From: Raillietiella orientalis
Lineage: Eukaryota
Direction of reading: 5' to 3'
Length of the DNA stretch: 64,000 nt
NCBI GenBank assembly: GCA_036172245.1
Contig: JAYWIR010000030.1
Coordinates: 2,170,001 to 2,234,000 of the forward strand
Shown in pieces: positions 25,501 through 37,500 of the stretch. A program made the translations under genes and the position numbers. Position 1 is the stretch's first letter. Each line of letters starts with the position of its first letter. Below the pieces are notes generated by a model. The model worked only from the letters and a program-made list of their open reading frames with translations. It searched no databases and was not told the DNA's origin.

Positions 25501-28500
25501 TGGCGTAGTTTTTATTTTATTTGTTTGAAGGAATGTTTGGTTTCTGTTGGTACATATTCTTTAAATGTTAAATTGTTTGCTTTATTTATTTGCAATGTAT
25601 AGTTAGCTTTTTTGATGTGTTGTTTTTGTTCTGGTTGTTTTTTTCTATCTAATTTTTTTCCCTTTCTAGTGATTTGTGTCTTTTAATGCTTTTTGTGATC
25701 TTTTTTTACTATTGAACGAAGTTTTATTTTATTTTACTTAATCTGGTTTAGTTTTCCCGTTCAGTGTTGTTTTGAATTTTGGTTCGTTTTTTTGTTGATT
25801 TACTTTATTGGTTTTCATTAGTCATCCCTTTTTTACTCATGTTCTGTCTGTATTTTTTTTCTTGTGGGATGTTTTTACTATTCTTTCTTTCATCTTTTCA
25901 ATAATTTTCTTTTTTTTTTTGTAGATATATTCCCATTTTTTCAGTGTTTTTGGTTTTGTTTGGTTTATGTTCGATGTTTTGGTATGTCAGTCATTTGCTG
26001 AATGCATTCTTGGAAGAATTTGGTTTTATGGTATTAATGTTATGTAGGTGCATGGAATGCATATGTGTATGCATTTGGAATCAGTTTTTTGTTTGAAATT
26101 TTTCATTTTGAAAGTTGTTTATTTTATTTTCGTTCTAATTGTGAATAATTTCATGTGACCCATATTACTATGGTTTGTTCATTAGCTGTTGGTTGTTGTT
26201 GATTTGAATTGTTTTTATTTTTAACTTTTTGAGTTTTCTCTGCTGGGTATTTGGTTTTGTCTCTGTTTAGTGTCAAAAGCAATACCAATGCTTCAATTTT
26301 CGGTTTTTGATTATTATCAATGTTTTGTTTGCTTTGGTTTTGGTATTGTTTTATTTGAATCCCTTGACAGTGTAGCTCTTTCTAATTTATTGTGTAGACT
26401 ACAATATTTTTATATTGTTCATTGTGTTGCATTTTTTGGCAATATTTTTTTTTAAGGGTGTGTTGAGTTTCGTTTGTTTATTTTTTTTGGTAGTATTTGT
26501 CTTGTTTTCTGAAGTCTTTGCAAGTATTCTTTCTAAAGAGATTTGGAATTTTATAGCTGTTCATAATTGAAATTTTTTTTTGGAATTGAATATTAAATTG
26601 TTTTGCTTTGAGATTTTTGATTTTTGACTCGGTATTTTTTGTCAGGAATATTATTGTTTGAAAACATTTTCATTCAACTGCTCCTAGGTGTTGACTTTTG
26701 TTTCAAACTGGATTTTGAATATGTGCTTCTAGCAATTTTTGTGTATTTTTTTGTAAACTTTTGAATGATTTGGAGCTCACTTGTTGTTTAGAAAATCTTT
26801 TTTTATATTCATATTTTTTTTATTTTTGATTGTTTTCCTTGCAGTCATGAGATTTCATTCAGTATAGCTCAATTGATGATTCTTATAGTATTTAGTCTAT
26901 TGTCTATATCATGTGAAGTCTTTGAGGATGCTGCTTGTTAATAATTTTCATCATGTTGCTTGATTTTGATATCATTCCTGGGCTTCCAGTCGCACAAGTG
27001 TTTTATTGTTTTTAATGATTCAAATATTCAATTAGGGAATGTTTTTTGTGACCTGTTTTTAATTTTTAGTCTGATAATGGACGTAATGTATTAATTTGCA
27101 GATATGCTAATTTTTCTTGATTGTATCTAATAATGACTTAGCAGATAATCTGAAGGGATTATATAATGTGAACTGAAAGTCACTGAAGTTTTTTAAATCT
27201 TGGCATTTCAGTCTATGATACATTGGAGAAAATGGGTTGTACTTCTCATGAGCAGTGCCCTGTGAATGAAGCCTGCATCAATGGTCAATGCAAAGATGCC
27301 TGCAATTGTGGTCTCAATGCCGTGTGTACTGTGAAAGATCACAGACCAATATGTAGATGCCCACCTGGTTATGAAGGACCAGCTTATATTGCATGTACAG
27401 AATGTAGGTTTACTTTATTGTATGATTTCAAAATTGCTGCTGTTGCTTTTCTTTTTAGCTGGTTGTAGCTCAGACACACAATGCTCTTTGCTGCAGACCT
27501 GTTATAACCATGACTGTGTTAATCCTTGTAGTATAAGTAATCCATGTGCTATTAATGCACAGTGCACACCTAAAGATCACAAATCGACTTGTCAGTGCCC
27601 TTTAGGAATGAAAGGCGATGGATATACTCGTTGTCTACCTGAAGGATGCTCATCTGACCATGACTGTTCTCAGTCACAAATATGTCTAAATCGTCAGTGT
27701 GTTAATCCATGCCTGCATAGGAATCCTTGTGCTCCCAATGCTGAGTGTTTTGCAAATAACCATCGAGCTGAATGCTATTGTTCACCCTCAATGACTGGCA
27801 ATCCTTATGTGATATGTGAAAGTCTTCAAGAACCTGAATGTGTTCGTGATGAAGATTGCCCAAACAAGTTAGGTTGCTTCAATCAAGTTTGTCTCGACCC
27901 TTGCTCCTTAATAAAGCCCTGTGTTGGGATAGCTAAATGCGAAGTTATAAACATTTTACCTGTAAGATTGATGATTTGCATGTGTCCTTTGGGATACATA
28001 TTATCTTCGGATAACAAATGTGTACCAGGTAAAATTCATATCTATGTCCAATTTTTAGCTGTAGTTTTTGGCTTGTTAGGCTGTTTGTGTTCGCAAATGT
28101 TTGTGCTTTTCTTACTTTATTCGTCTTTTCATTGAAAAATTTAATTTTGGAAAATTCGCTGTCAACCATTGTTTGTTCATGTTCCGTTTATGTCAGTATT
28201 TTGAATTTCATAAGTTTGGTTATATTTTTATTTTGACCATTTTTGACGAATTTTTTTTCACGTAATTTATAGTGCAGCAACAATTAACTAAAGTAGGATG
28301 CACCACGGACAGCGATTGTTCTTCTAATCAGGCTTGCATTAATGGAAATTGTAAGGATCCTTGCATATGTGGGTTGAATGCTCAATGCACTGTCATTAAT
28401 CATCATCCAATTTGTACGTGTTTATCGGGATACGAGGGAAATCCTCAGCTTTCTTGCACAAAATGTAAGTCATGTATGTTGGTGGACATGCATTTCTATT

Positions 28501-31500
28501 CGTCTTTTCCAGCTGGCTGTTCAAGCAATTTAGAATGTCCACCCACACATGCATGCATCAATGGCCTTTGTATCAATGCTTGTATTATCCATAATCCATG
28601 TGCAGTTAATGCTCGATGTATTCCACGAAACCATAAAGCCACTTGCCAGTGCCCAGCAGGAACAAGCGGAAATGGACTGACTTATTGCATTCCAGAGGGA
28701 TGTCAGTCACATGAGGATTGTTTATCAACCCAAGCATGCATTAATCGTCAATGTGTTAATCCTTGTTTATTTAATAACCTTTGTGCACCTAATGCAGCGT
28801 GCATTCCCAAGGACCATAGATCCCATTGTTTTTGTTCTCCTCCAATGATTGGTGATCCTTATATTGTATGTCATGCTGATCAGCAGTTCGAATGTACCCA
28901 GGATGCTGACTGTCAAAGTGGACTTGCTTGTTTACAGCATGAATGCCAAAATCCATGTAACACTATTCAGCCATGCACACGTCCTGCCAGATGCGAAGTA
29001 ATTAACACTTTGCCAGTTAAAACTATGATTTGTGTTTGCCCGTCAGGATTCATTCAACGTGAAAATAATGTTTGCAAACCAGGTAATAGCAACAATGTGT
29101 TTAAATTTCTTTTGCAGTATTCTTGGAAATTCTTTAAATTCGTGTTTCATTTTTTACCGTGGTATTTTGTAAAAGTTGCATAATTATAATGAATTCAGTC
29201 ACACACTCTTCATTCATTCGGACCTCAATTTTTTTTAGAAGATTTTTTATAGCTTCATATTCTTTTTAAGTGTTAGTATTTTTTTTAAATTAATAGCCCT
29301 ATATAATTGCATTTTTTCTATTCTATTGATAACATTGGCATGAAAGGAAAAGTTCTCAGAATCCAATTGTAACAAATCAATTTGTTTTTCTCTTTCTCTC
29401 TCTCTCTCTCTCCTGCTTTAGTTCAAGAATCATTTTTGCTCGAGGGATGTCAGAATGACGACAATTGTGCTTCGAATCAAGCCTGCATAAATAATGTCTG
29501 TAAGGACATTTGTAATTGTGGTCTGCTAGCACTATGTGAGGTCATAAATCATCGTCCTCTGTGTAAGTGTCCACCTGGTCATGAAGGCAATCCACAGGTT
29601 TCCTGTACCAAAAGTAAGATAATACTATGTTTAATCTTTTTATGATTTGAATGCCTATTTTTTAGCTGGCTGCGAATCTGATATGGATTGTTCACTTATA
29701 AATACCTGTCACAATCATATATGTGTTAACCCTTGCGTTATTAAGAATCCTTGTTCTCCAAGTGCTCAGTGTATCCCACAAAACCATCGTTCTACTTGTC
29801 ATTGCCCTTCAGGATATAAAGGCGATCCTTATATGCTGTGTAAACGTATAGAATGTCAATCAGACTTTGAGTGTCCATCAACCGAGGCATGTTATAAAGA
29901 GCAATGTATTAACCCATGTCTGCACTCTAATGTTTGTGCCCCAAATGCGGACTGCATTGCAAAGAATCATATTGCTGAATGCTTTTGCCTTCCTCCATTA
30001 ACTGGAAATCCTTATGAACTTTGTAAAGCAGAAAAGCGCCCACTCTGTGTTGAAGATAGTGATTGCCCAAATAAGTTAGCATGTCTAAAGGGAAATTGTC
30101 AAAATCCATGCACTGCTTTGAGACCGTGTTCTGGTTTATCCCAATGTGAAGTGCTTGATACCATTCCTGTAAGAACTATGATATGCATATGTCCAACTGG
30201 ATATCAACAGGGAGATCAACAATGTGATCCAGGTATGGATGAATTAAACTTAGATTTTTATTTGAATCAAAATGATTGCGGATTTGCCGTTTTTGTTTTT
30301 CTGTTCTTCTCGTTGTTTGTACTTTTGAAGTTTTCAAGGAGTATTCACCTTGATTTCAATCATATTTGACAATAATAGCAACGTTTCAAAGTTAATTCGA
30401 AAATATGGTAAACCATGGTTGCTTGAGTACCAGTTGATTTGATTTTTCGATAATGGGTGTTAATTAGAATGATGGAAAGTGTGTTTTTGACATGATAGGG
30501 TGTATGGTCATATGAGACAATTGTGTATTTTTCCAATACCACAAAAAGCTGAATTGTCTTCGGAAAAAACTTTTTTAACCTTGGAATTCCAATGAATAAA
30601 GTGCTTGATGTACATGTGTTTGCATGTAGTTACACCTGTAATATATATCATTTTAGACAAATGAAATTTGGTAAACAAGTATATCGATCAAAAACGCTCA
30701 TTTTAAGTTTCAACCTGTCATCAGTCCAAATCGAAAGAAGGCTTAATTTTTTTATTCCTGTTGAATATAAAAACCTTATTTTATTATGCAGGTCTTATTT
30801 CACTGCTTTTCTCGATTATTTGCTCAAATCTTAAATATGATGCCGCATTTTAAGGTTGTTCAAGTGTCAGTTGGGCTCCAGCATAATAAATCAATGAAGG
30901 TTTAATTCCTGCAATATTGGTTTTGTCTAGTGGAAGTATTTTAATTATTAATTGTATTTAAGAAAACAGTCAGTTTAGATCGTATTGCATCGTTATTTTA
31001 AAGATTAACTATTTATTGGGTGTTGATGTGTACTATCATTATATGAGTTTTGGATACTGTATGTATTTTGTCTTAGTTCCCAGACTGTCTCATGATGGTG
31101 GTTGTATCAATGACAATGAATGTTCATCGGATCAAGCATGTATAAATAGCAGATGCGGCAATCCATGCACCTGTGCAAAAAGTGCAACGTGCATTGTTAT
31201 TAACCATCATCCTGTGTGTTCTTGCCCTCCTGGATTTGAAGGCAATGCTCATATATCCTGCACTGAGAGTAAGTGAAAAGGAGTTTTTGGTTTTTTTTAA
31301 TGTGCTATCGTTTTTTCAGTCGGATGCAGATCTGATTCTGAGTGTTCCAATGTCCAGACGTGTTATAACCGTATTTGCGTTGATTCTTGTAGTATCAACC
31401 GGCCATGTGCCATCAATGCACAATGCATTTCTGAAAATCATCGTTCAACTTGTCGTTGTCCTCCAGGAACAAAAGGGGATGGATTTACTCCTTGTATTCC

Positions 31501-34500
31501 TGAAGGATGTCAATCTGATGAAGAATGTGCATATTCTCAAAAGTGTATTAGTCATCAGTGCACAAACCCTTGTTTGCATGACAATTCATGTGCACCTAAT
31601 GCTGAATGTCTACCAATCAACCATCAGGCTCAGTGTTTTTGTTTAGCGCCCTTCACTGGCAATCCATATGTGGAATGTAAACTGGAACAACAATCACAAT
31701 GTACAAAGGATTCAGATTGCTCTAAATCTTTAGTTTGCATAAATCAAGAATGCATAGATCCCTGTTCCATCATCAATCCTTGCAAGGGCTTAGCATCATG
31801 TGAAGTTGTCAATACAACTCCTGTCAGGGCAATGATATGTATCTGGCCTTCAGGAGATAGCAATGTTAGAGATAACCTTTGTGATCCAGGTAATCATCTT
31901 TAATCATTTACAAGTAATGTAAATCGAAAGATCAGTCATCTGTTTTATATAATTCGTCACTGTTATCGTGAAATAACTATTAATTATGAGTATTGTTTTA
32001 TTCTCAACAAAAGGAGAGGAATGCTGTGTTGATAATGACTGTCCATCTACCCTTGCATGCATTGCAAAAGAATGTCGTGATCCATGTAACTGTGGTCTGA
32101 ATGCTATTTGCAATGTGATCAACCATCAGCCAGTTTGTAGATGCCCTCCAAATAGAGAAGGAAATCCTCAGATATCATGTGTGGAATGTAAGAATGTGTT
32201 TGCTTTATTTTCATTCGATGACGATTATTATTCTATAGCTGGCTGCAAATCTGATTCAGATTGCTTGGATACACAAACTTGTCACAAGAGCAATTGTGTT
32301 GATCCATGCATTATTCATAATCCATGTGCTATAAATGCTATATGTGTAGCTCAGAATCATATAGCCATTTGTGAATGCCCACCAAAAATGAAAGGAAATG
32401 GAATAGTTCTGTGCATTCCAGGAGAATGTTCTTTTAATTACGAATGTTCGACTTCCGAAATTTGTTACAATCATCAGTGTATTAATCCTTGTGTTTATAA
32501 AAATCCCTGTGGTACAAATGCTGAATGTTTTCCTAACAATCATCAAACAGACTGTAGATGTCTATCACCCATGACTGGAGACCCCTACACTTTATGCTAT
32601 CGTAAGGATCCAGCACAATGTGTGGAAGATTCCAGCTGCTCTTCTGGACTTGTCTGTTTGAATAACAAATGCGTCGATTTTTGTTTAAGTAATCATCCAT
32701 GCTCTATAAATGAGAAATGTAAAGTTCTTGATACTGTGCCAAAAAAAAGTGTCATTTGCACCTGTAATATAGGATATGTTAAGGATATCTCAAATAATTG
32801 TGCTCCAGGTAAGTTATATCGACATCTGATATTTTACGTTATTTAATTTGATTTTTTTTTTTTTAATGTAGTCAAAGAAGCTAAGGCACCATTGGGGTGT
32901 TCATCAAATTCAGATTGCATATCATCTCTTGCTTGTGTTAATCATCAGTGTCAAAATCCCTGTAATTGTGGAGAAAATGCCGCATGCATTGTAAAAAATC
33001 ACTATCCTATATGTTCCTGCAATTTTGGTTTCTCTGGACATCCTCATTTTGGGTGTCAGAAGAGTATGTATTCCTTTTTATTTGAATACATTTTGAACAT
33101 TAGTAGTATTTATTATATGTTGTTATATTATATTATTCCTGCATAAGAATCGCATTACCTTACCTTTTTTGTTCTTTTGCATTGAATTGTCCATCCGAAG
33201 AAAGAGCGTATATGAGTTTGTAAAGCACGTATTTTTTCCGATCATTTCAATTACATGTATTCAATTTTGTGTCAAAACTAAGCATTCATTTCAAACAAAC
33301 TTAAATTATTTAAGATTTTTGCATTACATGGTGCATATAAATATAAAAAACTATAAACTCAGTTATCATCATTCTCCTTACTTAGCTTTTAATAATCCTT
33401 TGAAACCTTTTTGTTGCATTTCATGTTGACCCTTACTTTACTATAGAAAGTTATATATGTATTAATACTCAAGGAATTTGCAGTGTAGATTAATTAAATC
33501 ATTACTGTTATATCTTTTGACTATTACGTAAAATGCAACCAAAGTATGTTCATGTGATATAATGTGTATTGTTAATTATTTTTAATTTAATTTGATTACA
33601 TGTCTATATAATTTCTTGTTTGTAATGTAAATACTTAAAAATAAGGGATATTTTTCTTCTGTTAATTGAAAGCGAACGAATAATTGATGAATTTATATGC
33701 AGTCACTTATTGTTTTCCTTTCTCTACAGTCCTGTAAAAAAATTTTATAGGATTTCCAATTTGCGTGAATACAATGAAGTATGGTATATCTTGTAAATTT
33801 TTGTGTTGCAGTTGGCTGTAAAAGTAATTTAGATTGCCCTTCGGAGCTCGCATGCTACAATGGACAGTGCCTTGATCCTTGTGCTGTGAATGATCTTTGT
33901 GCTCTGTCTGCTGAATGCTTATCAGTGAATCATCTGGCATTATGTCAATGCCCAGTTGGATATAGTGGTAATCCACAAGTTGGATGCATTTCCCCTGGTT
34001 GCACTTCAAATGATGACTGTCCGTCTAAAATGTCTTGCAGTGACAAGCAATGCGTGGATCCTTGTGTTTATACTAGACCATGCGCTCCTAATGCACACTG
34101 TTATGTTGAATCGCACAGTGTTCGATGCCAGTGTCCTCTTGGAACTGTTGGAGATCCACAAACGTTTTGTGCACGAGAATTAGCTCAAAAGGATGATGTA
34201 ACTTGTAAAAGTGATGCAGACTGCTCCTCTCAACTAGGCTGTATCAACAAAGAGTGTCGTAATCCATGCATTGTTACAGCTCCTTGTGATTCAACAGCAA
34301 AGTGTCAAGTATTGGATACAGTTCCTGTACGCACCATAATTTGTATCTGCCCTCCAGGCTGGATACAAACCCAGTCTAAACAATGCGTACCAGGTAATAC
34401 TAATGATAATCTAAGTAGTCTTTCATGAGACATTCATTTGATTAAAGGTTTCTCAAACATAACTGCAGCATGTTCATCTGATGACGAGTGTTCAGGTTCT

Positions 34501-37500
34501 CATGCCTGTTTGAACAGTAGATGCAAAAGTCCCTGTTCCTGTGGTCTTAACGCTGAATGTGTAGTTGTCAGTCACCGCGCATCCTGCAGTTGTTTGAAAG
34601 GATTTGAAGGGAACCCCACTATAGCTTGTTATGAAGGTATTTGATCAAATTCGTCCCTAAAGTTTATTTTCATAAATTTCAGTTGGTTGTAAAAGCAACG
34701 AAGAGTGCGCTTTTGATGAGGCCTGTTTCAATGGAAACTGTATTAATGCTTGTCTGCTTGGAGATCCCTGTTCGTCTGGATCTCACTGTGCACCAGTAAA
34801 TCATCATGCTTCTTGCCAGTGTCCAAATGGATATGTAGGAGATCCCAAATCTGGTTGTTCTTTAAAAGGATGCCTTTCTAATGACAATTGTGACTCTAAA
34901 GAAGCTTGTATCAGTTCTCGTTGTGTAAACCCTTGCTTGTATGCCAACCCTTGTGCATCTACTGCTTATTGTGTAGTGCATGATCATGAAGCAGCATGTT
35001 ACTGTTCTGAGGAAACTCAAGGGGATCCTTATTTATTTTGTGCAAAATCACCTGTTCCTAGTGCTGAATTTGAGTGTGCAGCAGACGAAGATTGCATATC
35101 TGATCATGTTTGCCAGCATAGGAGATGTATTGATCTCTGCAAGGAAAATTCGCCATGTCATTCTACTGCCATTTGTAAGCTTCAGCATACAACACCTCTC
35201 AGGTCTATTGCTTGCTACTGCCCAAATAGTTGGATTTCTGACGAAAAGGGTGCTTGCCAGCCAAGTAATTTCATACCTTGTTATATATTAGTTTCTCATG
35301 AATCTTTTTCAGAAATTATCCCTAGCATTTTTGGCTGTACTGAAGATGCGAATTGTTCATCACAAACAGCATGCATTAATCATCAGTGTAGCGATCCTTG
35401 TACATGTGGAATAAATGCAGAATGTACTATCCTGGAGCATAGAGCGATATGTACTTGTAAAGAAGGATTTACTGGCTACCCGAATATTGCTTGTTATGAT
35501 GGTTAGAACTGTAATTAATGTCTGCACATTATCTGAAATGTGTGTTTGTAGTTGGATGTCGTGATTCTGATTCTTGTCCTTCTGCTGAAGCATGCCAGAA
35601 TGGCATCTGCATCAATCCTTGCCTTCTCTCAGATTTATGTGCAATCAATGCTGAATGCAAATCTGATAATCATCAGCTAATGTGCCAGTGCCCTTCTGGA
35701 TATGAAGGTGATCCTTTATCAGGATGTCATGTTATTGGATGTTCTTCTAATGAGGACTGTCCATCTGACAAAGCGTGTATTGATCGATCATGCGTAAATC
35801 CTTGCATTTATACAAATCCGTGTGGTATAAATGCCATATGCATTGATGGAAATCACACAGCAACATGCATATGCCCTGAAAATACATTTGGAGACCCATG
35901 GTCGTATTGCATTCAGAAAGATCCTATTGCTGTGCCACAGTGCAGAGATGATGCTGATTGCAATATGGATTTGATTTGCATGAATGGTTCTTGCATTAAC
36001 CCATGTATTACTCTTCAACCATGCAGTTTTCCTGCTATTTGTCAAGTTAGAAACTCAGTTCCTCGTCGAACAATAGTTTGCTATTGTCCAAATGGTTGGA
36101 TTGCATCATCAGCAAACACTTGTTCTCCTGGTAAGCTTCATTAGATAAGGAATTGTATTTTTCATTGCTGTACCAATTCGAGAGAATTAACTTTTTTTTT
36201 CTTTTTTCTGCACATCAGTTCTTTCACCCGTATTTGAGTGTGTATCTGATGATGATTGCCTTGCCTTTGAGGCATGCATCAATAGGCAATGTCGAGATCC
36301 ATGCAATTGTGGAATAAACAGCGATTGCAAAGTTATGGAACATAAGGTAGTTTGTACGTGTCAAGAAGGTTTTGTTGGGAATCCTGATGTGAGCTGCTAT
36401 AAAGGTAAGGTCTTTCATTATGAAAACCTGTATGCTCATCCATTTGTTAAGATGATTGCTCTTCTGATAATGACTGCTCGTTAGATAAAGCTTGTATCAG
36501 TGGAAACTGTTTGAATCCTTGCCTGGTTGAAAATCCTTGTGATTCTGGTGGGATGTGTCAAGCTGTTAGTCATAAAGCTCAATGTGTTTGCTCTGTTGGA
36601 TCTCTTGATGATTCAGGACACTGTCATCTACTAGGATGTGCAGATAACAGTGAATGTCCGAACACGAAAGCTTGCATCAATAGACAGTGTGACGATCCTT
36701 GTTTAAAAAAACAGTGTGCTCCGAATGCCATTTGTGTGACTGTGAACTATGAAGCTGTTTGTCTTTGTGATCCAGGATTTACAGGAAATCCTGAAATTCT
36801 ATGTCAGGAGACTCCACCCTTAGAATGCATTACTGATCAGGAATGTCCACTCTCGAAAGCATGTTTACATGCACGCTGCCAAGATATTTGTTTAGCTCAA
36901 AATCCCTGCCATGCTACAGCTACATGTCGTGTATTGAATACACAGCCTTTACGTACCATAGTATGTGTGTGTGAAAATGGATTCCATACTGGAGCTGATG
37001 GAAGATGTGTTCCTGGTTAGACTGTCATGAGTTGTATTTCTTTTTAGTATTAAATACTTTTGCAGCTCCATCGCTACCTATAGGTTGTTTAACGGATGAT
37101 GATTGTCCATCAGTAGAAGCATGTATTGCTGGACAGTGTCAGAACCCATGCAATTGTTCAAGAGATTCAGAGTGCGTAGTCAAGCAGCATAAACCCATAT
37201 GTACTTGCAAGGAAAAATTTGAAGGACATCCTGAGTCCTCGTGTTTTCCAGGTATTTTGATGTTTTGCATTGTTTAGAAAGCTTTACGATGTTGAATTTT
37301 AGTCGACTGTTATGCAGAAGATCATTGTCCTAGTTCTCACTCTTGTCATAATAAATTATGCGAAGATCTCTGTGCTGTTCGAAATGTATGCGCCAAAGAA
37401 GCTGAGTGTACAAGCACTGATCATCGTATAAATTGTGAATGCCCATCGGGAACAAAAGGAGATCCTTTTGTGGAATGTGTGCCTATAGGATGCAAAACGT

